Shown in pieces: positions 1 through 12,887 of a stretch of DNA of 64,000 nt (position 1 is its first letter; every line of letters starts with the position of its first letter). Origin of the DNA: Centroscyllium fabricii (taxonomy: Eukaryota). Both the position numbers and the translations under genes were made by a program. The stretch spans positions 90,458,001 to 90,522,000 of the forward strand of contig JBNRSN020000008.1 of NCBI GenBank assembly GCA_051313645.2. Direction: 5' to 3'. The notes under the pieces were generated by a model. It had not been told where the DNA came from. It searched no databases and saw only the letters and a program-made list of their open reading frames with translations.

Positions 1-364
1 AACAAAAGGAACACCTCCCTCCCCGAAGTCCCTAACTCACCAAACGCACAGCTTAACATTCTGTTCCAATCGGCACTCCATAGCAAACTGCACTTTAGCC
101 TCCCTTATTTATACTGCTGATTTAAATAAATGAGCTTTCTGGCAGTTGCAGAATCAGATTAGACTGCTTAATGAATTAATTACTCTCACCTGCGCTCCAC
201 AGAGCTTGCTTAGCCCTCTCCAAGCCTGGAAGAAATTTAAAACTTGAAACAGTAAATTTAAATGCTAATTGCAAGCACACAAGACTAGAATTTATAAAAA
301 TCAGAGATTAACCTTTAAGATTTGCTCCCTCACTCACCAAACTCACAGCTAACACTCTGTTCCA

Positions 365-793
365 ATCTGCACATCCCTGCTTGTGGCCTCTTCTGCAATG
401 TGCAACCAGGCTGTGTTGATCCCCTTGGGAGGTCTCTTCTGCCCATGGGAAGGGAAGAGGACCTCCATGTGTGCTGGCATATGGAGGGAGTCTTGGGAGA
501 ACCTGGGTGCTGCCCTGCACCTCTGTGCAGTGAATGTCAGTGTTTGCAGCACCTCAATGCTGTAGAACACTGACAGCACAAATGTCAAAATAAATTTGGA
601 CTTGGTCACTTTAAGGAAACCAGCTGCATCATCAAATGACGTCACCAAACCCTCTTCCTCTAATTGGCCGAAAAATGCGCTAGGCAGACTTAACAAGTGT
701 AATCAAGGTAAATTCATTTCAGACCGCGGGATGGAATCAGCAGCGGGGTCGGGACCCGCCACCGACCCGCCAAGGTCAGCAAAATCGCGACCA
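365..793 (-). mobile_element. Harbinger-like end with Myb/SANT-like ORF remnant
   Basis: APRFSQDSL...EVLFPSHGQKRPPKGINTAWLHIAEE resembles the peptide at 55888; terminus GGTCGCGATTTTGC. Confidence 0.5.
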
Positions 794-964
794 AAGTTAC
801 TAACGTGCTTATGACTGTAGATCTCTGTTCCTCCTTATCCTTCTTGATTTCTTCATTGCCTTTGGCTCTGTTGATCATTTTAGCGTCCTACGTCTCTCCT
901 CAGCAGTCTACCTTCAATGCATTGCAGTCGTCTGGTTCCATTCACACTTGTCCCAAAGATGATA

Positions 965-1462
965 CAGGTTGAAGTTCGTTAATCCGGCACGGGCAGGACC
1001 AGGCCCGTACCGGACAAGTGAAAATCCCGAACAATTGAAGTTTCGGCGAGCGCATGCGCAGACCATTCAAAATGGCCACCGCGAAAGGCCGGCGGTCATT
1101 TTGAGTAGTCTGCACATGCGCTGATCGTTCGGGGAGACCCAGCTCTCGGAGGCACGTAGTGGCCAGGCTCTCGGAGGCTCGCAGTGGCCAGGCTTGTGGA
1201 GGCTTGCAGCGGCCAGGCTTGAGGAGGCTTGCAGCGGCCAGGCTTGAGGAGGCTCGCAGTGGCCAGGCTCAGCTTGGGATCGGCTTGGCCATTGTGAATG
1301 ATCTGCGCATGCGCTCGCCGTTCGGCGGCGCATGCGCAGATCATTCGCCAAAGCATCGATCGCGGTGGCCATTTTGCGCATGCGCAGGGCAGTCGGGGAA
1401 ATTGTTGCCGGACGTTCGAAGTTGCCGTTTTTTTGGGTGCCGGACTAATGAACTTCAACCTG
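965..1462 (-). mobile_element. pogo/Tigger-like MITE, copy 1
   Basis: TA|CAGGTTGAAGTTCGTTAATCCGGCAC...GTGCCGGACTAATGAACTTCAACCTG|TA; internal ~24-bp tandem array; opposite orientation to copies 2 and 3. Confidence 0.88.
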
Positions 1463-1533
1463 TATATATTTTCTGATAGTCTCCCCTCCCTGGTCTGCAC
1501 AGTCATCATTGATGCATACCCACCTTCTTTATT

Positions 1534-1860
1534 AACAACAGAAAATGCTGGAGAAACTCAGCAGGCCAGGCAGCATCAGTGGAGAGAGAAACAGAGTTGA
1601 GGTTTCAGGTCGATGACCTTTCTTCAGAACTGGAGAAGCCAGGAGGGGGGATAGATTTTAAAGCTTGTGGGGGCTGGGGAAAGGGGGAGGGGGGGCTGAA
1701 AGAACAAAGGAAAGATCAGCAACATGCTAGAAGGTGGGGAAGGTAAGAGATATTCGGAGAAATTGAAGGAACACAGGATAGCTCTGAATAGGTGTGAACA
1801 GCTCCAGCAGAGTAAAGGAAAAAAAAGCCCAGACGAAAATGTGGCTTGAGCAAAGAGAGA

Positions 1861-1891
<31 letters not shown>

Positions 1892-2354
1892 TAAAGTGTG
1901 GTAGGGGCCGAGGTTATGATCTAAAATTGTTGAACTCTATGTTTAGTCCAGAGGGCTGTAGAGTGCCTAAGTGAAAGAGGAGTTGCTGTTCCTCGAGTTT
2001 ATGCTGGGCTTCCATGGAACAATGCAACAGGCCACAGATGGGGAGGTCTGAATGGGAGTGGAGTGGAGAATTAAAGTGACAGGCCACCGGGAGCTCGGGG
2101 TCCCCATTATGGACTGAACGGAGGTGTTCCGCAAAGCCTGTTCCTGATCTTTCCTTTGTTCTTTCAGCCTCCCCTGCCCCTACAAGCTTTAAAATCTATC
2201 CCCCCTCCCGGCTTCTCCAGTTCTGAAGAAAGGTCATCGACCTGAAACTTTAACTCTGTTTCTCTTTTCACCGATGCTGCCTGGCCTGCTGAGTTTCTCC
2301 AGCGTTTTCTGTTGTTATTTCGGATTTCCAGCATCCGCAGTATTTTGCTGTCAT
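1534..2354. mobile_element. Penelope-like element with inverted pseudo-LTR
   Basis: Minus-strand GIY-YIG C-terminal remnant (~1920-2135) plus 3' end, joined to an inverted copy of the 3' end (~2160-2354); TSD CTTCTTTATT at 1524-1533 and 2355-2364. Confidence 0.85.
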
Positions 2355-3374
2355 CTTCTTTATTGTCTAGGTGCTGCCCTTTAGTGACATCATCCAGAAG
2401 CACAGAATCAGGTTCCATATATATGCTCATTACACCTGGCTTTGCCTTTCCTTCTGTTCTTTTGATTTCAAAACTATTGCTTAATGCGCCAATTGCTTGT
2501 CCAACATCAAGTCTAAATTCAATGTCGGTAAAACTAAAGCCATTGTATTTGGTTCCTGTCAACTCTTACATGCCTCTCCTCGTAACTCCATCAGTCTCCC
2601 CAATTACAACCTTGGCTAAGTCTGGTGATGGGGAAACTTGACATGCTGCTTGATCAGTGGCTTAGTTTTCTTCCTCACATTGTTCTACCACCAAGAATTC
2701 TTTCTTCCACATACAATATATACTCAATTGGTAGATTGAAGGGACCTGGAGAAGACTGGACTAGGCTGATGTGGAGACAGTGGAAAGCAAAGACCTGGAA
2801 TCATTACTGGGAGAGAGAGCGAGAGAGATTTACTGTGATGCCAAGCTAGGAGAGCACTAGTAGACAGCTAGCAGTGAAGATCCTTTGCCGCTCCTGATAG
2901 ATGGATGGAGCCAAAATTTGTATTTAAAATTTCAGTTGAAAAAATTGTTACAGAGTGGGGTGATCAGGGAAAAATCTCATAGCCACCCACGGAAGATAAC
3001 TGCAATCCAAAGTTCAGTAAGGTTGAAGCAGAAGTGAGATCAGGAACATAATAGCAGCCATCATTATTAGAAGAAATAATGTCAAGAGAGGCCATGCCAC
3101 AGAGTCATGTGGTTCCCACAGAGCAATCAGATCACTAGAAGACAACACAAACTAAACAAGTCACACTGATAACTAGAAGAGGACATAAATGCAATGTTTT
3201 TAATTAAATGGATAAATTAATACTTGTAAACTACAATCACACTGTTAAAGTGACAAATGATTAAAATATTTTATTTTTTATCATAATTTATTACTTTGAG
3301 ACCATTTTTCAAAAGGTGAGTTAGTGTTGATATTGAGGATTTAGTCAATTTGGAATTTATAAATGATTACATTT

Positions 3375-4415
3375 GCATGGTCCTGGCCCACTCCTATTTC
3401 TCATCTACATGCTGCCGCTCCGCAACATCAACCGAAAACACATCAGGTTCTACATGTGCACTGAAAATACCCAGCTCTACTTCATCGCCACCTCTGCGGC
3501 CTCTGCACTATCAACCTACTCCTGCTCCTAGTTTCTATGTTTCTATGTAAGCTGCTAGTCTGACATACAGTCCTGGATAAGCCAAAATTTCTTCCAATTA
3601 AACATTGAGAAGACTGAAGCTGATGCCTTTGTTCCCTGCCACAAACTCCATTCCCTAGCCACCGATCCCATCCCTCTCCCTGGCCACCCTCTCAGATTGA
3701 ACCAGACTGGATGCAACCTTGGCATCCTATTTGACCCTGAGCTTCCAACCCCATATCCACTCCATCACAAAGACCGGCTACTTCGACTTCTGTAACATCG
3801 CCCATCTCTGCCCCTGCCTCAGCACATCTGCTGCTGAAGGCCTCATCCATGCTTTTGTTACCTGCAAACTCGGCTACTCCAGTACACTTCTGGCCGGCCT
3901 CCCATCTTTTACCCTCCATAAACTTAAGCTCATCCAAAACCCTGCTGCCCGTGTCCCAACTCGCACTAAGTCCCGTTCATCCATCGCTCCTGTGCTCACT
4001 GACCTACTTTGGCTTCTAGTCCAGCGACGCCTTGATTTTAAAATGCTCATCCTCGTGTTCAAATGCCTCGATGACCCCATTCCTCTCTATCTCTGCAACC
4101 TCCTCGAGCCCTATTACAACCCTCCGAGAACTCGGCATTCCGAGAACTCTGGTTTCTTGTGCATCCCCCATTTCCTTCACCCCACCATTGGTGGCTGTGC
4201 CTTCAGCCATCTAGGCCCTAAGCTCTGGGATTCCTCCCTAAACTCCACCACCTCTCGCCTATCTTACCACACTCCTTAAAACACACCTCTTTGACCAAGC
4301 GTTTGGTTACCTACCCTAATGTCTCCTTATTTGGCGTGTCAATGTTTGTCCGATTATGTTCCGATGGAACGTTTTACTAAGTTACAGGCATTATATAAAT
4401 GCAAGTTGTTGTTAT
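3375..4415 (+). mobile_element. L2-clade LINE 3' fragment
   Basis: ORF 3719-4279 (LIHAFVTCKLGYSSTLLAGLP...LKLIQNPAARV...) is an L2 ORF2 C-terminus; tail TATATAAATGCAAGTTGTTGTT. Confidence 0.85.
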
Positions 4416-6675
4416 ATTGGTGAGACGCTAGGATCTCGAAGGGTGCATTCATACTTTACCGCGTGAACTGAGTGCAAATAACTTTGGAGTTCGCTTCCAG
4501 TTTGGAAATCCAACTTCTACTGATCGTTCCAAAACTCAAGCTCAGTTCCGGAATGGAAGTTGTTCTGATGACTCGTAACATTCTGCGTCATGACATGTGT
4601 GTAATGATGTCACAATGCACAGGTACACGCTGCATTCACGAGCAATAATAAACATGTCTACCTTCACCTCAGGAGGGACAAGCAATCGTTCCAAGATGTT
4701 CCCTTAAGCCTCCCCGACTGGCCCCGCAGGCCCAGCATGTTAGTGGAAAGGGGCCACTCCCTAGCGTACCTCTGCAGAATCGATCTGTGACTGCTTTCCT
4801 TTACAACAATCCTACCCCGTGAAAGTATTGCAGAACGGCTTTAAACATGCTCCAGATCGTGGATTAGAGTCCGCTCCTTTTTACTGGTCATGTAGTAAGG
4901 CTGTAATATTAAAAATATATATATCTATTCATAATTCCAATAAGGCAGAGAGCTCATAATTCAAGATTCTTTCTCCAGCTAAAATAGACTGGGAACCTAC
5001 TCCCAAGTGTACATCTACGCCACTCTTTGGTGGCCGTTCGAAGCTAATTGGCCCTTCAGTTTTCCCTTCCGCCTGTTACTGCTCAGCCGCTCCCACAGCA
5101 AGATAATTGAGATGGAAACTTGCTGCCTGTGAATTGGAGCACGTTGTTATGTCCATTTGCTGTACTGTTCTGTGACAAATCATTCAAATAAATTGTTTTG
5201 GGAACTGTATTGCTCCCCCACACCCCCAGTTTTAAACTTCAATCATTGTTTGGTAAATTTGCTAAATTAAACTTAAAAGGTTATTGAAGGTCCATTGTCG
5301 AAAGTAATGTAATAATCTCAGGTGTACTTAGTTAATACGTTATTTTCAGACAGGAATGCGCCTTAATTCGTCCAATAAAGCACAAACGATGCATCTAACA
5401 TGCATATATTTGTTTTTAATATATAGTTCGAACGGCTGGAACATCAACGTGTCTGTTATGACACAAGTTGCCTTGTGCAGGTCCTTCCACCACGCTGAGG
5501 GCAGATGACAATCGTATAACTAATGAGGAAACATTAAACTTAAGGGTGACAGCCGCCAGAGTCCAGGTGTAAGAACATGTGGGTATATATCCAGGGCTGG
5601 GTTGTAGAGAAGCACTCAGCTGCCGTTGAAGCGCTGCACCATTCAATGGGGGTACAATGTGCTTCCATACTGTGATCAGACTGATGGTAGCAACACACCA
5701 TATTTAATGGTGAGTTGTGCTGCTCACTATGCCAATCGTGAGGAACTCCTGGTATCTACTGACCACCTACTCATGACTCAAACCCACACTGGTCAGTTGT
5801 CTGATGACTATGTAATGACGATGCTCCTGGGAGCACATTTTTGGGGGGAATCAAGGTGGTTCCAGGATGACACATCTGGTGATAGAACAAAGTCAACCTG
5901 CTGTGACAGACTCAGTAATGTGATACCTGAACCAAATAGGTCAACAGTACTCCATGCCAGTTAACGGTTGACCGCCCGCCTTGCTCACCAGCAGAATCTG
6001 GAAAGTTAGACCTGGACGGCGGATGGAATTCTTCCCCTTCGGGTCTGCAGAATCCTGCAAGCCAATGTCCAAACAGGTAGGCGGTACTTCTAGACAAGCA
6101 TCTGTTCTGGTACGGTGCATGGTTTTAGCTAGTCAAACGCCAGCAGTACCCCATCACACACGTGGGGTTCCTACATTTTACTCTGCCAGCTTTGTGCTCA
6201 AATTCTCTGATTTTGGGTAAATGGGATGTTGCCCTCTTCGTATTGGGCAAACGAAAATCCTGCAGATAGAGATAGTTTGATTTAAAGTCGCTCAAATATG
6301 GTGATGGGTTTATGTGCTTGTTGGAAACATTTGATCAAAAAAGTATCATGAAGCATGTAGCTGGACTAGTTAGTCAGGAATAACGCTGACTTGCATATTT
6401 GGGAAGGGCGGTGGCGATCCACGATACTCATTTAAACCAACTGGAGATGTTAAAATCAATTCTTCGTCACACAATTATGTTTTAAATGAAGAAACCCGAC
6501 CTAATAAAAGGTACTTGCAGCTAATGGTCTTGCTAATACGTGTTCAAGGGAATTCATTCCTATGCTGAGGTCACTGGCTTCTGCCGTGTGACAAGTTATG
6601 AATAGAATCACCAAGTTCATTATGAACATCCTAATTTCGTGTCGAATGTACTCTCTTACAAACGGTCTAACAATG

Positions 6676-7008
6676 ATGTGGAGGTGCCGGTGTTGGACTG
6701 GGGTGGACAAATGCAAGAAGTCACACAACACCAGATTATAGTCCAACAGTTTTATTTTAAATCACAAGCTTTCGGAGCTTTTGCCCCTTCGTCAGGTGAA
6801 AGAGAGAGACTGACTTAAAGAACGCACATATGTGATGATGGGAGAAATCCGATGTGGGAGATATCGGATTTCTCCCATCATCACATATGTGCGTTCTTTA
6901 AGTCAGTCTCTCTCTCTTTCACCTGACGAAGGGGCAAAAGCTCCGAAAGCTTGTGATTTAAAATAAAACTGTTGGACTATAACCTGGTGTTGTGTGACTT
7001 CTTGCATT
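6676..7008. mobile_element. Fold-back Penelope-like terminus (second family)
   Basis: About 143-bp near-perfect inverted arms around ~6856; TSD GGTCTAACAATG at 6664-6675 and 7009-7020; hammerhead core in each arm. Confidence 0.85.
6919..6956 (+). ncRNA. Minimal type I hammerhead ribozyme motif (mirror copy on minus strand at 6762-6799)
   Basis: TCAC-CTGACGA-A GGGGC AAAA GCTCC-GAAA-GC TT-GTGA: stem I TCAC/GTGA, conserved CUGANGA and GAAA cores, palindromic AGCU helix III. Confidence 0.75.
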
Positions 7009-9859
7009 GGTCTAACAATGGACTGCCAGATGTCAGGATACAACACGTTTTGGAATACTAAACTTAGGAATCGAAGAGGTTAACTGGTCAGCCAACCTTT
7101 TTACAAATATCCTGATAAAGATATACACCACGAGGTAGCGTGTCTATTACAGGCACATACCATAGACATGGGGTGTGGAAAGTCACTGTCTGACCTGCAT
7201 GGTGTGTATTTGCAAGTGTCAGGGTGAGACGATTTCTGCCACTTCCAAAGTCATGGAAATGTTATCGAGCAGTAAGCAACTAGTCTGATCTGGAAGAGTA
7301 AATCGTATTTCTCCAAAAGGTGATCCAAGTCTAATGAAACTGATATAAATCACGGTCAGCATTTCCCTTTCCCAGATATCCCATGCCGTGCAACTTTCTT
7401 TTTGTGTCGTTATTTTTTCAGATCGACTGTTACAATAAATCTTTAATGAGCCTTTGCAGTGCTGAAAAGTCAAGTTTCTCCAACTGAAGCTCATCTGTTT
7501 GATTTGACGGGCAGTTTTTGGTTATAAAAATTGTCCCAGTTTTGACGCAGTCCCAACCGTTATGAAGATGGCTAAACAAAGTAGAACGGCTAAAAATCAA
7601 GGTTGCTGCATCAATACATATATTGATCGTGGTCGTTGGAAGATTTAAGCTCCTTAAAATTAAAAAAAACTACAGGAAAGTTATCTAAACACTTGAGTGA
7701 GCAGTCTTGCTCACCAAGGTTATAGTTGTGTTCTCACCATTTAGACATTGTATCGGAAGTAAATTGATAATTTAATTTACACGATTTCTACCGATTATGT
7801 ACGTATGTCTAGCAATGCATTTTTCAATACTGTACGCTTATTAGCCAGTGTTCAAAATTCACAGAATTGATGCTTATTACCGAATTGCAGCAATGCTGAT
7901 TCGAAACATAAAAATACCACATGACACGTTAGAGCTGTTAAGCACGTATTTGCTTAAAAATAATGTAATTTAGCGTCTGAGTAATATATTGTGAACGCGT
8001 AGATATACCATGTCATATATAGGCACGCCACATCAGTAACCGGAGTGCCGAATCTGACACCACCTAGACTTGTATTAAGCACTTTAATGAGCAGAACAAA
8101 ACGCGTGTTAAGTGATTTTCACATCCAGTTATGGTCTTTGTGTCGTATTCTTGTTGCATTCATCCATTTACTTTGTCTGTGTTTTGAGGGGAGGGGCGAG
8201 AGGACCTGGTTATTTTAAGATGCTGCAATGCACAATGAATTATAAATCAACAATTACTGCTTGCGTCAACAATTCTGAGTTAGCAGAAAGTACTTTTGGT
8301 TGGTTTTAGTTCAATCGAAACAAAGTTTAAAAAGTACCACGTGAAGTTAAAATTACAAGGTGGTACCTGAACTAATTAGTGTACAGTATTTACAAAAACA
8401 TTAAAAGGCCATCGTGAACCATAAATGGGTTATTTCAAGCTGCCGTTTTTTGGGCATTCTGTAGTGGCAACATTTTTCACTGAGACTTGGAACAGCAAAA
8501 TATCTACCAAATCTTCAAACACAATTAAGTACTCGAGGGTTAAATGGAATACAGACTTTACCTGGTTGCTAATTTTGCGCAATCTGTGTCACTTGGTATA
8601 CAGGAATACCGAAAAATTATTGGGACCAAGAAGTTAAAATCCGCACTATTTTTGATTTCTTTTATCTGTACAAAACCATATCCAGTCACAATTACCCTAT
8701 TCCGTTAAATGTTATACTTGATATTTAAAGCTTATACTTGATATTTAAAGCTATGTATGTTCCCGACCAGAAATATGATGTATATTACCTGGAATAAAAA
8801 TTTATATTTTAGAATACTCAAAAGCCTGCTGCAGGTAATAGGAATATAGGGAAATCAGATTTATTTTTAACAGACTCCTACAAAGATAAATTTGAACATT
8901 TAACATCCAACTACCGTACACAAATGCAACACTCAATTTCCTCTTCTCTACCTGGACATAAATATTTCGTTTCTATTAGGTTGCATATATTAGTTAGCAC
9001 CCTCCATTAGATAAGAATGAGTAGAATCGAAAACGGGAGAAAAAAAGTTTAAAATGTTCATTCGTAATAAAACAGAATTAGCAGTTAATTTAAATCCAAT
9101 TTTGAACACGGTTGCCGCAGTCCTCAACGGATTAAAGATATAAAGAGGCTGTCGGAAACGCGTAATGTGATATAATTATCGGAATTATTGTTGATTTAAA
9201 TGTATTTGAGCTCGGACAGTGGATGTAAAATAATTCATACGCGGAACTAGCAAATCGGGGCAAAAATCGGGGCAATGAATAGATCAGACAAGCAAATCAA
9301 CTGGTGAATCGTTGAATAAAGTCCCAAGGATGAAACAGTAAAAATTCGTTACAAAAAAAACGCAATTACTCTTTCAAACGTGCATACTTACATCTTCAAC
9401 TAATCACCAATATGAGCATCTGCCAAGTAAAAACTATTCTGCGTGTAAACATTTGAGAATATACACACACAGTTTAATTATAACAAGGTGAAATTCGGGG
9501 TACAAATGTATCTCGTGATCTTGTGGGTTTAAAAAAGACAGTAAAAGAATAATCTTATACAATATAGTAAAGTCCCATAATTTTAAATCACATGGCAGCG
9601 CGTAAACGCTTTTATGTATTAAAATGTTTATATTAAATTCCATAAGCTAAACAAAGGAATATATTTTCGTTCGGAAGCATAGACAATCTGCTCCTACCTA
9701 ACTGTATTTAATAACATTTGATCTAAAACCATCACAACCGCTAATCAAAGATACATTTGAGATTCTGCAAACATGTTGGGCTGAATTCGAACTCACCGCA
9801 ACAATGGTAAACTATAGGAGGGAATAAAATATTTACAACGCTACAACGATTCCATACTT

Positions 9860-9865
9860 TTTATT
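9860..9865 (-). terminator. Candidate TBR1 polyadenylation signal AATAAA
   Basis: TTTATT on + strand about 1 kb downstream of the stop codon, at the end of an AU-rich 3'UTR-like tract. Confidence 0.5.
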
Positions 9866-10532
9866 TCATTTTACACATGAATGTATACAAACTGGCAAAA
9901 AACAAACAGGATCTGTGACAGTCACTTCACAGACTGGAACGGAATGAAAGTATATCCATATACACGCACGGTAATATCTTTACAGAATAGACAAAATTTA
10001 CATAGCAACCCTGAAACGCGTCATAGCCCACCCACCCCCCAACCCCTATTGCAAACAGACCATAAAATACTTCTCTTAGAGGATCATGGCAGCAAATTCG
10101 GGAATTAAACTCTGCTAAAAGTCTACGTTTCTACAAAACGAATGCATTAAAACCTTACTCTATAACCCGAGCCATCCGATGGCAAATAACGCAAAAAAAT
10201 GCCACTGATCTACCGTTTAAATTAATCTGTACATGTGATTAGATAGAACTGGCTTAGTCCAACTATAAAAGCTGGCCAAATAGGAATTGAATATAAGAAG
10301 TTTCCTGTACAGAGACGATTTACATATCCAAATGTCGATTTAAATACAGTGCGGGTGAGGGGAGGGGGGTGGGAGAAATGTCTGTACAGTTGAACACACG
10401 GCTTTTAAACTTCACTGTTTTATAATAATGATTTATCACATTAAAACACTGACATGGTTTACAAAACACCGGCCTGTGCATCCGAGCCCGGGATTCCCAG
10501 TGATCACAGGCATCATCATCACCACCACAACC

Positions 10533-10705
10533 AGGGGAAGGGGCTGGGGGAGGAGAGGAGAGGGGAAGGGGCTGGGGGAGGAGAGGGGAAGGGGCTGGGG
10601 AGAGGGGAAGGGGCTGGGGAGAGGGGAAGGGGCTGGGGGAGGAGAGGGGAAGGGGCTGGGGGAGGAGAGGGGAAGGGGCTGGGGAGAGGGGAAGGGGCTG
10701 GGGGC
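10533..10705. repeat. G-rich minisatellite (GGGGAAGGGGCTGGGG(G)AG(GAG)A)n in the TBR1 3'UTR
   Basis: About 8 copies of a 19-23 nt unit, directly visible. Confidence 0.9.
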
Positions 10706-10853
10706 GTCTCTGCAGCAAACCCAGCTGTCGGTCCGGGCAGCCGGCGTTTGCTGCTGCAAGAGCTGGGGAGGGAGCAGGTTTGGGTTTTGGCACTTTCCGG
10801 GGAGGCCATCAATGTAAACGGGCCCGGAGGGAGGCAGGCAGGCAGGCCGGCCG

Positions 10854-11712
10854 TTAGGTGTGAGAGTAGAAGCCGTAGAAGGCCATCTCCTTGGCGCAGT
10901 TTTTCTCGCAGTCTCTGGGGGTCAGCGCCTCGCTCTTGAGGGCGGGAGCCGGGCTCTCGGGGGCCGGGCCGGAGCCGGGGCCGGAGCCGGGCGGCGCGGC
11001 GTCGGCCGAGATGCGCCTCCTCTTGGCCTGTTCGTAGATACCCGAGTCCCCGGAGTCGATGGACTTGATGGAAGACGGCGTCTCGATCCAGGCCGAGTCG
11101 GCCAGCTCCTTGGCTTTGGCGTCCTCGGCGGCGGCCGTGAGCGGCGAGCGCTCCGAGCCCGGGCCCAGCCCTTCGGCCGCCGCCGCAGCCGCCGCCTCTT
11201 CCAGATAGGAGTTGGTGGAGGCGCCGCGGGCCCAGGGCAGCACCGAGCTCGATTTGCACGAGTACTGCGGGCTGCGAGCGCCCCAGCCCGACGGGTCGGG
11301 GTAGTAGCCGAGCGGCCGGGTGCCGGCCTGCAGCGGCAGCGCCTTCACCCCCACCCCGTACGACAGGATGGCGTTGCCGGCGAAGTCGGCGTCGTAGGCC
11401 GAGAAGTCGAGGCGGTTGTTGGCGGGCTGCTGCAGCGGGGTGACGAACCAGCGCTGGGGTGAGGGCGAGGGCGCGGCCGGCTCCTCGGCCTGTTGCTGAG
11501 GCGACAGCAGCCCGTTGCTATGGGGGACGCTCCGCTCGCCGCCGCCCGGGACCCCGCCGCCGTGGTGGAAACGGGCCTTGGCGTAGTTGTTGACGAACTG
11601 CTCCTGCAGGAAGGACTGGGTGACGGCGTAGCGGGTGCCCGGCACCATCTGAGAGCGGGGGGAGTCACTGGGAGACGGGGTGAGCCGGTCAACCTCGCAT
11701 CCCGTGTAGATC
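10854..11712 (-). CDS. TBR1: TBR1 exon 6 (C-terminal domain, stop TAA)
   Basis: ccag|G ATC TAC...[25 protein letters not shown]...[30 protein letters not shown]...FYGFYSHT*; 859 nt. The six exons sum to 2034 nt = 677 aa plus stop. Confidence 0.96.
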
Positions 11713-11908
11713 CTGGAAAAGGGGGGGGAAAGAGAGGAGACAAGACTGGAGTAAGGAGTCCGGCAGGCATTACATCCCAAAAAACCCCACTCGTCACCAC
11801 CATTCCTCCCAGCAACAAATATTTACTGATTCGCACGGGATTTACCGCCCAAGACAAAGTGCAGCCGAGGCTAAAAGTTAACAACAACCGAAAACATGTC
11901 AACACAAC

Positions 11909-12171
11909 GAGAGCAAAATACTGCATTTGCTGGAAATCCGAAATAACAGAAAATGCTGCAAACAAAACTCAGCAGGCCAGGCAACATCCGTGGAGAGAGA
12001 CACACACAGAGTCGACGTTTCGGGTTTGGACCCTTTGTCAAGACTAAAGCAAGGGCCTTGGTTCGTTGTTGACTGAACTGCTTGCTTTAGTCTTGACAAA
12101 GGGTCCCAAACCCGAAACGTCGACTCTTATCTCTCTCTCCGCGGATGTTGCCTGGCCTGCTAGAGTTTGAC
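11909..12171. mobile_element. Degenerate fold-back Penelope-like terminus in TBR1 intron 5
   Basis: Inverted arms (~11968-12052 and ~12081-12168) related to the 1534 and 51202 elements; degenerate hammerhead TTGACAAAGGGTCCCAAACCCGAAACGTC. Confidence 0.8.
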
Positions 12172-12779
12172 CATTACATCCAAACTCAACTCATCACCAT
12201 TCGCTGTAACATTCCTTCCAGCAAAATAATATTTACAGATTCACACAGGATTTACCGCCCAAGACAAAAGTGCAGCCGAGGCTAAAAGTTAACACAAGAG
12301 CCACACAACAGAAAACATGTAAACACAACACAGATTTTTTTATTTCACAACTCAGCGCCCAGCGTGTTGGTCACCTGAAAGACAACCCCAGGCACCGTGA
12401 GATGAAAAGCGAGTTACCCTTACGCATTCCTATACTAGATGGTGTTTGCTATCACTATCCTCAAGGAAACCACGCAATAAATGCAAAACAAATTGTAATA
12501 TTGCCTTCGTGCAACTTCAACTCACATATGCCTAACATTATGCAAAATACCGGGTTATTTAGAAAGGAAATCGAAGATCACTACATCAAAAGCAACCGCT
12601 GTAATTTCAATTGGCGACCCACTGAAAGGAGCCCAGGTTTAGAACACCTTGATGGAGAACTGGAGAACTAATGTCCAATTAAAAAAATCATCACAGCATT
12701 TAAAACGTAGGTGTGAACGGAACGCCACTCCGACCATTCAGCAGATTTCTTACAAGTTTTTTTTTAAAGCACAAACTTA

Positions 12780-12887
<108 letters not shown>

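Noticed and set aside
18-368. Direct repeat CTCACCAAAC(G/T)CACAGCT..CTGTTCCAATC at ~36-70 and ~333-367
   Set aside because: Truncated by the window edge; probably the untranslated region of a retroelement, and cannot be classified.
1156-1275. Regularly spaced 24-bp repeats resembling a CRISPR array
   Set aside because: Tandem units without unique spacers, inside a eukaryotic MITE; no cas genes.
8712-8752. 20-bp tandem duplication (a similar ~33-bp one lies at ~13245-13308)
   Set aside because: Ordinary local slippage with no further structure.
11713-11780. N-terminal part of ORF 10854..11780
   Set aside because: Intronic polypyrimidine tract upstream of the acceptor at 11713.
10320-12047. 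Overlapping and antisense ORFs around TBR1 exon 6
   Set aside because: By-products of extreme GC content and the G-rich repeat; only the TBR1 frame has splice sites and homology.
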